Source: Mustelus asterias (lineage: Eukaryota). Taken from it: 64,000 nucleotides of DNA. The DNA lies in assembly GCF_964213995.1 (NCBI RefSeq), contig NW_027590137.1, forward strand, positions 1,054,001-1,118,000, written 5' to 3'. The notes below the pieces were generated by a model. That model made no database searches, was not told the origin of the DNA, and saw nothing but the letters and a program-made list of their open reading frames with translations. Made by a program: the position numbers and the translations under genes. Positions 48,771 to 60,939 of this stretch are shown one piece after another (position 1 is the stretch's first letter; the number at the start of each line of letters is the position of its first letter).

Positions 48771-49944
48771 GGTGCCGGTATCCTTATGTCCCTCCAGGTT
48801 GGATGATCAATTGAAGCCTCATCCACACATGGAACTTGAGTACGGTTTCTCCCCGCTGTGAATGGTGTGATGTTTTTTCCGGCTGTGTGAAGCTCTTTCC
48901 ACAGTCAGTTCACTGGAACACTCTCACTCGGGTGTGTGTGTGTGTCTCGGTGCTTTTCCAGCTACACTGATGTTGAAATCATTTCTCACAGATAGAACAG
49001 GCAAACATTTCTCCTTCCACAATCGAAGGACGATGATATTCAGATCCTGATTAATTGAGTGACTGTCAGATCTTGATGTGATATTTGGTTTGAGTTTTTC
49101 AAATGCAAATCCTCTTCGAGTGTCCTGTGAAAAGAGTTTACAAAAGTTATCACCGTCAGGACAGGATAGAAATTCAGAACAGACAATTGTAGTTTCAATG
49201 GAATAGTCTTGCCTCTTCCCCAAAAGCTGTAAGTGTCCACACCACACACCCTCCCTCCATTCTCACTCTGCTGTACCTAATATACTCCCTCCTAATTCTC
49301 CTGATTGACAGATACATGTTTACTGCTTCTTGTCCAGGGCACAACGGCCTGAAAACCACCACATAGGCTGCTGGCTTTGTGTATGTATATATTTAATATA
49401 CACAACATCACCTGATTAAGGATACAGAACTAACGCAAGGACAAGCTTTATTTCTGAGTGAATGTGCATGAGCAGGAACCTGCTACTTATGAGAATGGTG
49501 GAATTGGACATAATCGATGATTCCAAAATGAAATTGGATAGGCACTTGAAGAAATAACCTTGCAGGGGAGCAGAGATATAGAAGGGGAATGGGACTGACT
49601 GGATTGCTCCAACGATTGTCAGCATGGACTCAAGTTGCTGAATTGACTTTTTCTGTGCTGTAACTACAACTGGAAACATATAACGTAACTCGAGTATTAT
49701 ATTACAAGACTAAATAATAAATGAAGTTTATTGCAGATCGATAAATAATGTATCTAAAACATACCATATTACTCTCTGTCCTATATTAATTTACGTCCTT
49801 AAATCTTAGCATCTTCTGGGGAAACCACCCTTTTAATTGTGAACATTAGGAAAGAGGCCATCATTTCCGTGAGACAAATGAATGTATCAAGCTGAGGGAG
49901 CAAAGGATGTCAATCTCTTTAAGAGAGAGAGAGAGAGAGAGAGA

Positions 49945-50222
49945 GCCGCACGGTGACTCAGTGGTTAGCACTACTGCCTCACAGCGCCAGGGACCTGGGT
50001 TCGATTCCCGGCTTGGGTCACTGTCTGTGTGGAGTTTACACGTTTTCCCCGTGTCAGCGTGGGTTTCCTCCGGGTGCTCCGGTTTCCTCCCACAGTCTAA
50101 AAGACATGCTGGGTAGATGCATTGACAAGAACAGGCTTTGGAGTGTGGCGACTAGAGGAATTTCACAGTAACTTCATTGCAGTGTTAATGTAAGCCTTAC
50201 TTGTGACAAATAAATAAACTTT
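49945..50222 (+). mobile_element. HE1-head SINE with an alternative tail, inserted in an (AG)n tract
   Basis: Flanked by aagagagagagagaga on both sides; tail ...gtaagccttacttgtgacaaataaataaacttt. Confidence 0.85.
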
Positions 50223-50369
50223 AAAAGAGAGAGAGAGACCTGGGCTAACCTTTCCAGAGTCTGCAGCCTCCCTGGATTCACTTCCTTTCCCTTCAGTTGC
50301 TGCAAGTCCCCAATTTCCCCCAGAATGAGAAAAGAAATATAAAAGGATAGAAAATAAAGTGTTTTACTC

Positions 50370-51215
50370 ACAGATGTTTGACAGGGGAGGAGGTTGTACT
50401 ATGTGTGAAGCTCAATCTTCATTCAGAGGGAGAGGAGCAGCAGCTTTGCTGGGCCGTGATGAGCAGCTGAACAAGCTCCTCATTCACACAATGGGGGGGA
50501 TGATCCGTGCAGCCATTGGCACAAAGCGCGCGCCCTGATTGGCTGGAGGATTTAAGGTCCTCCAGGCGTTCCCATTGGTCAATCTCTGCCATGACGACAA
50601 TACGGGGGTAGGAGCCCACGTGGGGGTAGGAGACACTTTGACCTCCGAACGTGGGAGCTGTTGTCCAATCCGCAGTGTTGTGTTTGTGCTCCAATGGGTG
50701 ACTGAGTCCTGGGAACGCCCCTCTGAAAGCTTTGTGACATCCACAAAGGAGTCCTCCCTGAATCAGCCAATAGGAATCAGTCTGCTCCAAGGTGACATCC
50801 TGGGGTTCCAGTGCGCAGGCCCGGGCGAGCGGACACGGAAGCCCCGCCTCCCCCCTTTCCTCCCCCTCCACATGCCCATCCTGGAGCCAAGGTTTCCAGG
50901 CTGACGGCTCCGGCCAATCGGGAGCCCTGGCAGACCGGAAGGACTCTTGTCCTCCAGCCAATCAGAGGGTGGACTTTGTAACAATGGGGGTTGAGCTTCA
51001 CAGTAAGAAGTTTAACAACACCAGGTTAAAGTCCAACAGGTTTATTTGGTAGCAAAAGCACATGGTGTGGCTTTTGCTACCAAATAAACCTGTTGGACTT
51101 TAACCTGGTGTTGTTAAACTTCTTACTGTGTTTACCCCAGTCCAACGCCGGCATCTCCACAGGTTGAGCTTCACACAGACTGAACCTTCTTCCTGTGTCT
51201 CACATCTGTGAGTAA
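50370..51215. promoter_or_regulatory. Bidirectional promoter with mirror-image first exons for the ZNF genes at 48 kb (-) and 52 kb (+)
   Basis: Multiple CCAAT boxes and a GC box; acatct|GTGAGTAAAACA donors facing outward near 50370 (-) and 51208 (+). Confidence 0.75.
51003..51161. mobile_element. Palindromic Penelope pseudo-LTR insertion with a 14-bp direct repeat
   Basis: GGTTGAGCTTCACA at 50989-51002 and 51162-51175; perfect 61-bp arms. Confidence 0.88.
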
Positions 51216-51627
51216 AACAGTTTGTTTGTGTTGAACAGAAAGAGAAGAGGAACAGGCAGGGTCTGAGAGGTTTTCAGGATGGAAGGGGAAGAATTCAGTA
51301 ACTGAATAGTGAAGCTGTGAGTGGGAGATGGAGAGGAAGGAAATCTGAGCAGCTGGAAAAAAAACAGAACAAAAAGGCTGATTGGGAGAATCTAATTGTG
51401 AGAGATCCAGAGAATGTGACTCCTGGGGCTGCCTGTGGAAAAACACTTTGGGATCAACATATATTATTTATTTCGGATATAGACAAACAGGTTGCCTGAA
51501 GATTTTCGGGCCTGTTCACTGGACCGCAAGCAGTGAGCATGGATCTTTTGATCAGTCTGAATCATCACCTTCAGAATTGGGAGGATGTATGTTAGGTACA
51601 ACAGAATGAGAATAGTAGCAGAATGTT

Positions 51628-51940
51628 TAGAATCCCTACAGTGCAGAAGGAGGCCATTTGCGCCGCCGAGTCTGCATCGACCACAATCTCACCCAGGCCT
51701 TATCCCGTAACCCCATACATTCACCCCACTAATCCCCCGACACCAGGGTCAATTTAGAATGGCCAATTAACCTAATCCGCACATCGTTGGACTGTGGGAG
51801 GAAAGTGGAGCACCCAGAGGAAAACCCATGCAGATACAGAGAGAAAGGGCAAACTCTACACAGACAGTGACCTGAGGCCGGAATTGAACCTGGGACCCTG
51901 GCCCTGTGAGGCAGCAGTGCTAACCACTGTGCCACCATGT
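51628..51940 (-). mobile_element. HE1-type SINE
   Basis: Full head-core-tail structure. Confidence 0.88.
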
Positions 51941-52363
51941 GGGCCAGATTTACAACTTTTCAGGAATTAAAGAAGAAAAAATAGTTTTGTTGATTTGAGA
52001 ATTATCTGTTCTGAATTTCTTTTCTACAACACTGCGGATGGTATTGACTTTTGCAAACTTTTTCACAGGATATTACAAGGGGCGGATTTGCAGACAGAAA
52101 TATCAAAACAAAACATCACATTCAGATCTGAGAGTCATTCAAATAACCATAACGTGAATATCATTGGCATTAGAATCTAGAAGAAGAATTGCTTGTTTTT
52201 TTTCTGTCCGTGGGCAATGATTGAACATCAGTGTGACTGGAAAAGCACCAAGAAGTACAAACGTGAGTGAGAGTGTTCAGGTTACACAGCCTGAAAAGCA
52301 TTGCCCCATTTACATTGAGAGGGAGTGTACATCTGTTCTCAGTGAGGACGAGGCTTCATCTGA

Positions 52364-53526
52364 TTGTCAAACCTGGAGGGACAGGCGGCCTCCCGCATCA
52401 GGGAGAAACAGTGGAAATGTGGGGACTGTGGGAAAAGATTCAAAGCACCATGTGAGCTGGAGATTCATCGACGCAGTCACACTGGGGAGAAGCCATTCAT
52501 CTGCCCTGATTGTGGGAAGGGATTCTCTCAGTTATCCAACCTGCTGACACATCAGAAAATTCACACTGGGGAGAGGCCATTCACCTGCTCTGAATGTGGG
52601 AAGGGTTTCACTGATTCATCCCGTCTTCTGATACATGGACGCATTCACACGGGGGAGAGGCCTTTCACCTGCATTGAGTGTGGGAAAGGGTTCGGAGATT
52701 CATCCAGCCTCCGGAGACACAAGCGAGTTCACACTGGGGAGAGGTCATTTGCTTGCTCAGTGTGTGGGAAGGGATTCACTCTTTCATCCAACCTGCGGAG
52801 ACACCAGCGAATACACGCCAGGGAGAAGCTGTTCAGCTGCTCAGAGTGTGGGAAGGGATTCAGTGATTCCTCTGCTCTGCAGAAGCACCAGAGAGTTCAC
52901 ACCGGGCAGAGGCCGTTCACCTGCACCGTGTGTGGGAAGGGATTCAGTGCATCATCTACCCTGCAGAACCACCAGGCAGTTCACACTGGGGAGAGGTCAT
53001 TCACCTGCTCCGTGTGTGGGAAGGGATTCACTCAGTTATCAACCTTGCTGCGACACCAGGCAGTTCACACTGGAGAGAGGCCATTCCCCTGCTCTGTGTG
53101 TGGGAAGGGATTTACTAGGTCCACTAGTCTGCTGACACACCAGCGAATTCACTCTGGAGAGAGACCGTTCAGTTGCACTGAGTGTGGGAAGGGATTCACT
53201 GATTCCTCCTGCCTCTGGAAACACCGGCGAGTTCACACCGGGGAGAGGCCATTCATCTGCTGTGTGTGTGGGAAGGGATTCTCTGAGTCGTCCAGTCTGC
53301 GCGCACACCGTCGAGTTCACACCGGGGAGAAGCCTTTCACCTGCTCTGAATGTGGGAAGGGATTTGCTGATCCTTCCAGCCTGCGGAAACACAAGCAAGT
53401 TCACACGGAGGAGAGAGGCTGTTCACCTGCTCTGAGTGTAGGAAAGGATTCACTGAGTCATCCAACCTGCTGAGACATTATGGCAGTCACACCGATTAGA
53501 GACCTTTTAAATACTCTGACTGTGGG
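52364..53526 (+). pseudogene. 12-finger C2H2 array lacking an ATG, with a 3' frameshift and LTR truncation (status uncertain)
   Basis: Family ATG replaced by AGG (atcAGGgagaaa); no Met in the ORF; extra GA near 53412 shifts finger 13. Confidence 0.75.
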
Positions 53527-54380
53527 TGTTAATTGTATAATTTGGGGTTAAATATATACAAGCAGTGGACATTGATTAGATGTTTACATGAGCACATATA
53601 GACACTTACTGACAGAGCATGGAATGGTATTAGGAGTTATATACCTGTAATGTTTCACTCTGTGAATAAATTTATATCAAGTAAAGATTGGAACCAGTTT
53701 CCTCCTTCACCAGAAGGCGGTCAGGATTATAACGTGGTAACAGAGAATGCTTAAAAGTACCTGACGTTTCCAATCTGAATGTTTGAGAAGGAATAATGAA
53801 AGCTTTGATAAAAATCAGAAGGGAAAGATGCAAATTATCTTAAAACTACACAGACAATTTGTTCACACTACTTGCCAAAGATTAAAAATCCTGCTTCAAG
53901 ATGCAGGAGCAGTTGATGAAGAGTATCTGAGACTCATACAAGAGACCAGTGCAAAGTGTACAATGTATAAAAATTATTGGAGGATGCCATCACATCCCAA
54001 TAGTAAACCTTCCCTTGGCCCTTGGGGCTGGAGCTGTGGCACCAGCTCAGTTTCTGAATGATGAGTTTTGAGACGTGTGAAAACATGAACATTCTGGTCA
54101 GGAACACGGCAGCTGAAAGTCCTTTCAGTGATGGACTCTGTGAAAGGAATCACACGGTGATCGATGAAATGCTGCAGAAAATCTCAGCTGATCAGCCAAA
54201 CTGCAAGTTGATAGCTGCACCGGCCTGGACGATTCAGGGAAAGAATTCACTTCAGACGGTTGGAGAGTATAATCCCTGTTAATTGGTCAGTGGGAAAAAT
54301 TCCAAATGACCCTCTGCTGGGGATAACCCTCCTGATTCAGAAGGGATGACAATTAGTACAATTTTTATTCATTTACCTGA
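53527..54380 (+). mobile_element. Copia-like (GalEa-type) LTR retrotransposon remnant: LTR, PBS and integrase fragment
   Basis: LTR TGTTA...TAACG at 53527-53734; PBS TGGTAACAGAGAATG (13/15 match to the tRNA-iMet complement); LHRQFVH and TAAESPFSDGLCERNH integrase motifs. Confidence 0.7.
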
Positions 54381-55089
54381 TTGTTTCACTGCTGCTCGAG
54401 CTAAGAAATTATTGTAGATCCTCGATGAGGGGTGTCTTATAGTGTAATACTTTGTACAAAATAAAGACCATCATGGTTTTATTTTTCAAATAGTTTTGAA
54501 ATATTGTGTGTTGTTATAATTCGGGTCGAGAACATTAACGTTCAGTGAGAAATCCAAACACCCATCACAAGATTCCAGGTTTTTAAACAAAATCAAACTT
54601 CACTGAATATAAACAGAATATTAAAAACCAGCTCGATTAATTATATTTTGTAAAGATTTATGCTCTAAACTCAGTTCTGACTCAAAACATGAACTCTGTT
54701 TTCACTCTCTACAGATGCTGCCAGACCTGCTGAGGTTTTGCAGCATTTTTCCTTTTTTGTACTTTACTCCTCGACAAGAATGCCCTTATACTTAATATCT
54801 TGAATGTACATTCACTTCTGTTCCTGGGACAAATCCCAAAGGTATGTCAAAGCTCCCAGAATTCACTTTAATTCTCCTCAGTATCCCAGCTATTCTCCAG
54901 ACTCCAAGATTTCATGAGGATCCTTCTATTAGCTTTCGGCTAAACAACTCTCCAACTTTCCTTTGAGATTTCAAAATTGACTCAAAACATGGACTCCTCA
55001 ATCCAAGCATGGACTTCACTGCCTTCTTGCTGAGGGATTTAAACATTGGGAACACCCATGATTCCTAATGACCTCCTCGGCTTCTGGTC

Positions 55090-55411
55090 TCACAGCTGGT
55101 TCACAGCTCCCGGTCCCACAGTTGGTTCACAGCTCCCGGTCCCACAGCTGGTTCACAGCTCCCACTCCCACAGCTGGTTCACAGCTCCCGGTCCCACAGC
55201 TGGTTCACAGCTCCTGCTCCCACAGCTGGTTCACAGCTCTCGGTCCCACAGCTGGTTCACAGCTCCCGGTCCCACAGCTGGTTCACAGCTCCCGGTCCCA
55301 TAGCTGGTTCACAGCTCCCGGTCCCACAGCTGGTTCACAGCTCCCGGTCCCACAGCTGGTTCACAGCTCCCGGTCCCACAGCTGGTCCACAGCTCCCGGT
55401 CCCACAGCTCC
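55090..55411. repeat. 26-bp tandem repeat CACAGCTGGTTCACAGCTCCCGGTCC, about 12 copies
   Basis: Directly visible. Confidence 0.97.
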
Positions 55412-56619
55412 CAAGCTAACTGCAGACTGCCTGCTTTCTGTGAGAAACACCCAGAATTCCAACCAAGACCACCCTGAATCACTTCTCCTCATGGTAACAG
55501 ACCAGTAGGGATGTCCAAAAGATGTTTAAATTAATTAACTTTTAGTTTCAGAACCAAACCTTTTTTCTTGAGGTCTGCGTGAAGATTTCCCCTCTCGAAC
55601 AAAGACAGGAAAAAAATTGTCAGACCCGATGTCTCCAGCTAAAAGAGCCCAGCTGCCGTGTTACACTTGTTCTTACCCTTCTAGTTTTGACTTCTCAAAC
55701 CAACATGGGCCACACCTTGTGACTGCGGATTCCCTCAGGGTGTTTTTATCAGATTCTCAAACCAGGTTTTCCAGTTGTTACATTTTTTTAAAAATCCAAA
55801 ATTAATATTTCTGAAACACATGAATTATTAAACTAAATCTTCACAACATATTCCCTGGAAGAAATGAAAATGTATCACAATAATATCCCAATTAGAATAT
55901 TACAATGTAAAACATACTGGATATCTTAACAGCAGCCATGATCTAATCGAATGGTGGAGCAGGCTCGAAAGGCCAAATGGCCAACTCCTTTTCCTAAGTC
56001 CACTGTTTTCCTATGTTTAACTATCTTATAACCTGCAACAGACATAATAATCCCCCCATTGTCCACTTCACATTCACAAGTCCAGCTTGGTAACAGCACA
56101 CTGCTGGGTTCCATGTCCAGGAATCTCAGTCCACTGAAGATGGAAAATATTATTGGTTTCAGTGTTTTCTGAAAGTTTTCTTTCAATAATTATCGTAATT
56201 TTTACTAATTATAGTTTCTTCTGCAAGAGGACAGTCCTCATTGCTGTTCAGTTGTGGATTTCCAATTCTGAAAACAGTCTGTTCAGAGTTCACATTTTGA
56301 ACTTTACTTTCTTCCATGTTTGTAGTTCCTCCATTGTTTAAATCCAGAGAGAATATTCCAGTTAATTCCACATTGAAATGTCTTCTTCTTGCTCTGTTGT
56401 AGCTGCAGCTTCATTTTTAACTCCACTTCCCAGAATCAAACATTCTGGATTCTCTTTTGAAGAGAGCAACTTCAAAATGGCTTCTTTCTGTGCCAACAAC
56501 TCCTTCCTTCATTGGTCAAAATCTTCTTTAGCCACTTTAAGAATGTTGTTAAAATGCTTTTAATGTTAAGCAAAAAGGTCTGATATTCTTGTTTGGAGCA
56601 TTTTGGATCTTGGACTTAA

Positions 56620-57010
56620 GAAATCGGGGAATTGAGAACAGAAGCAGGGAATTTATTCTGATAGTTTTTAAAGCTCTGGTGAGGCCACAACAGAATACCG
56701 AGCCCAGTTCTGGTCACCATACTTTAGGAAGGATGTGAGGGTCCTTGAGAGAGTCCAGAGGAGATTTACCACAATGGTTCCAGAGATGAGGAAGATGACG
56801 CAAATGTGGAACTCACCACTACAGCCAGTGGTTGAGGTGAACAGCATGAATACATTGAAGGGGAAGCTGGATACATACATGAGGGAGAGAGGAATAGAAG
56901 GATATGCTGATGGGGGAGATGAAGAGGGGTGGGTGGAGGCTCATGTGGAGCATAAATACTGACACAGACCAATTGAGCCGACTGGCCCGGCCCTGTGCTG
57001 TAGACTCAAT
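56620..57010 (+). mobile_element. Degenerate CR1 3' fragment
   Basis: QFWSPYFRKDVRVLERVQRRFT peptide. Confidence 0.8.
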
Positions 57011-57246
57011 GGAACAGAGACAAATGTATTTATTTTAGATTTACTTAGTGTTTGTGGATCATCTCAGTAAAATGTGCACTCCCAAATTCAAACAGCATCG
57101 ACCCACTGGCAGCAAAGCCATGAGATTGGTCAGTCCAGCAGAAAGAAACCCTCTGACCCTCTCACTTCAGCAACTGTCAGAATGAACATGGTTCAGTCCT
57201 GGGTGTGATCAACAGCAGCAATAACAGCAGAATCCAACTCCTGTCA

Positions 57247-58087
57247 TCACTTGTGAATTCGCTGGTGTCTTAGCAGGTGAGACGACCGTTTAAATCTATT
57301 CCCACACTCAGAGCAGCTGAACGGCCTCTCCCCAGTGTGAACTCGCTGGTGTGTGAGCAGATTGGAGATCTGAGTGAATCCCTTCCCACAGTCAGAGCAA
57401 GTGAACGGCCTCTCCCCAGTATGAACTCGCTGGTGTGCCAACAGGGTGGATGAATGACTGAAACCCTTCCCGCACACAGGGCAGGTGAAGGGTGTCTCCC
57501 CAGTGTGAACTCGCTGGTGTATCAGCAGTTGGGATGATGTTCTAAATCTCTTCACGCAGTAAGAGCAGCTGAACGGTCTGTCCTCAGTGTGAATGCGCTG
57601 GTGGCCCATCAGAGTCTGAGAGCTTTTGAAGCTACGCCCACAGTCTGAGCATTTAAGGTCTCTCATTCGTGTGAGTGACACGGTGTGTCTGCAGGGTGGA
57701 TGAATGACTGAATCCCTTCCCACACACACAGCAGGTGAACGGCCTCTCCCCAGAGTGAACTTGCTGGTGCCTCCACAGGGTGGAACGATCGCTGAATCCT
57801 TTCCCACAGTCTGAGCAGGCGAAAGGCCTCTCCCCGGTGTGAACTCGCTGGTGGGTCAGCAGGCTGGATAACTGAGTGAATCCTTTCCCACACACGGAGC
57901 AGGTGAACGGCCTCTCCCCAGAATGAACTCGCTGGTGTCTCAGCAGGGTGGTTGATATACTGAATCCCTTCTCACACACGGAGCAGGTGAACGGCCTCTC
58001 CCCAGCATGAACTCGTCGATGTGTGTCCAGTGCAGATGGGCACTGGAATCCCTTCCCACAGTCCCCACACTTCCATGGTCTCTCCAT
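57247..58087 (-). pseudogene. 10-finger C2H2 gene with one frameshift near 57655 (5+5 fingers)
   Basis: ATG at 58087 (MERPWKC); agacct-taaatgc lacks two T relative to the consensus cct ttt aaa tgc. Confidence 0.85.
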
Positions 58088-58959
58088 GGTGCCAGTGTCC
58101 TTTTGATAATGAGTTGATTCCACATCCAAGTACAGAACACATGTACAGTTTCTCCTCGCTGTGAATGGTGTGATGTTTTTCAGGCTGTGTTACTGGTTGA
58201 AGCTCTTTCCACAGTCAGTTCACTGGAACACTCTCACTCAGGTGTGTGGGGTCTCCATTCTTGTCCAGTCACACTGATGTTTGAAATCTTTTCCCACAGA
58301 GAGAACAAAGAAACATTTCTTCTCATACATTCAAACGGCAATTATATTCAGGTCCTGATGACTCCAGTGACTTTGTAACATCTTGTTGTGACATTTGGTG
58401 TGAGATTTCAGTCTGTACATTCTCTCCTTCTAATGTCCTGTTTATAGAAGTTATCAGTGTAAGTATAGGACTGAAATTCAAAACAGACCATTCTAGTTTC
58501 CATGGAATATTCTTTGCTTTCTCATTCCCTAAGGTTGTAAATCTCCATCCCACACACTCTCCCCCCATTGTCACACTGCTGTACCTAATACACACCCTCC
58601 CAATTCTCCTGAAGGTGCTGATTCAGGCTGATTGACAGACCCATGCTCCTGTCCAGTACAAAGAGACCTGAAAATCTTCATACAGGCTACTAGCCAATGT
58701 CCACATTACTAAACATATTATTTGATCAGCAATAGAAAGGAGATGTGAGGAACAATTTTATTCACGAGTGGTCACAACCTGACCTCACTGCTTCTGTGCA
58801 TGGTGGAATCAGAAATGATCAATGATTTGAAAAATAAATCAGATAGGTGTGAAGGAATTAAAAAGGGAACAGAGTTATGGAGAGGAAATGGGACTGAGTG
58901 GATTGATGTACAGAGAGTCAGCATGGACTTCTTCCAACTACCACTGGAATATATACAAA

Positions 58960-60187
58960 ATTTCAGGCAATGTAGTGGAAAACATGCCCTGTCTACATCA
59001 ACGGTGACAAAGTGGAAATGGTTGAGAGCTTCAAGTTTCTAGGTGTTCAGATCACAACAACCTGTCCTGGTCCCTCCATACCGCTGCTTTAGTTAAGAAA
59101 GCCCACCAACACCTCGACTTTCTCAGGAGGCTAAGGAAATTCGACATGTCGACATGTCAGCTACGACTCTCACCAATTTTTACAGGGACACCACAGAAAG
59201 CATCCCATCCAATTGTATCACAGCTTGGTATTGCTGCTGCTCTGACCAAGAGCGTAAGAAACTACAAGGGGTATGAATGTGGCCCAGTCCATCACGCAAA
59301 TCAGCCTCTTATCCATTGAGACTGTCTACATTTCCTATTGCCTCAGAAAAGCAGCCAGCATAATCAAGGACCCCACTTATCCTGGACATTCTCTTTTCTC
59401 TCTTCTTCCGTCGGGAAAAAGATACAAAAGTCTGAGGTCACACACCAACCGACTCAAGAACAGCTTCTTCCCTGCTGCTGCCATCGGACTTTTACAAACA
59501 AAGATCAAAGAAAATTACAGCACAGAAACAGGCCCTTCGACCTTTCAAGCCTGCACCGACCATGCTGCCCGACTGAACTAAAACCCCCTACCCTTCCGGG
59601 GACCATATCCCTCTATTCCCATCCTATTCATGTATTTGTCAAGATGCCCCTTAAAAGTCACTGTCATATCTGCTTCCACTATCTCCCCCGGCAGCAAGTT
59701 CCAGGCACCCACCACCCTCTGTGTAAAAAACTTGCCTCTCCTTTAAACCTTGCTCCTCACACCTTAAACCTGTGCCCCCCAGTAATTGACTCTTCCATCC
59801 TGGGAAAAAGCTTCTGACTATCCACTCTGTCCATGCCCCTCAATAATCTTGTAAACTTCTGTCAGGTCTCCCGTCAACCTCCGTCGTTCCAGTGAGAACA
59901 AACCAAGTTTCTCCAACCTCTCCTCATAACTAATGCCCTCCATACCAGGCAACATCCTGGTAAATCTTTTCTGTACCCTCTCCAAAGCCTCCTCCTTTTG
60001 AATGGACCGACCTCATATTAAGCTGATCTTTCTCTTCACCCTTTCTGTCATTGCAACACTATATTCTGCACTCTCTCCTTTCCTACTCCCCTATGTACTC
60101 TATGAACAGTATGATTTATCTGTATACCGCGCAAGAAACAATGCTTTTCACTGTATCCCAATACATGTGACAATAAATCAAATCAAA
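58960..60187 (+). mobile_element. Rex1/Babar 3' fragment interrupted by a CR1 tail (about 59493-59995, -)
   Basis: LLPSGKRYKSLRSHTNRLKNSFFP peptide; ends caataaatcaaatcaaa. Confidence 0.88.
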
Positions 60188-60199
60188 CCCATTGCTGCA

Positions 60200-60930
60200 T
60201 TTCCTTCCTGAAGCCACATTTGTCCACTGGGGCCTGACCCCGGGAGAAAGCGCTGCAGCTGCCGTTGTGTTGGGTGTTGAGGCGGTGCCGCTAGTTCCTT
60301 ATTGGGGGTGTTGAAGCCTCCACTGGGTGTGTGGAGCCTCCCCTCCCACCCACTGCCCCTAACGCTGCCTCCGCTTATCCGCCTCCTTCCCGCCTGAAGA
60401 TCAGACAAACAAGCGCCTGTCCCTGGACATGAGCCGCACTGCGCATGCCCAACGTCACAATGCCCGAGGGCTGATTGACGGCAGCTCTGGACCAATAGGA
60501 AAAGGGAGCGGGGCTGGAGGACCGAGCGGGAGCGGCTGGTCCTCCAACCAGCATGAACAGGGGAAGGATCTGAAGCATGCGCAGTGCGGGTAATGGCGGC
60601 GGACGGACGGTTCTCACTCGGATCCGAGATCAGTTCAAGGTAAAGGGCGGCGCGCAGAGAGCGATGAATGTGGCGGGTGGGTGGAGAGGCTTCGTAAACA
60701 TGTTGTTCAAACCAAATTTCGGAAAATAACTTCCCGGGCGCCCTGTTGGTACCACATTGGAGGCGCAACTTGTCGTGTTGGGCCTGGGCTGACGGCCGCC
60801 AATCTGTCGGTGGCAATGTCTATCAGTGCGCATGTGCGGCCGGCATCTTTGTAAGGGGCGAACTGGAGCAGCGGGCAGGCGCAGACGCCATATTTATAGG
60901 GGGCAGTGGGGCGCAGGAGCGGCGACCTTT
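60200..60930. promoter_or_regulatory. CpG-island, probably bidirectional, promoter paralogous to the 24.7-kb promoter
   Basis: 60405-60550 closely matches 24720-24860; NRF1- and YY1-like motifs. Confidence 0.75.
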
Positions 60931-60939
60931 GTGACCTGA

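Noticed and set aside
55046-55508. Repetitive ORFs (SHSWFTAPGPTAGSQLPVP)
   Set aside because: Translation of the 26-bp tandem repeat.
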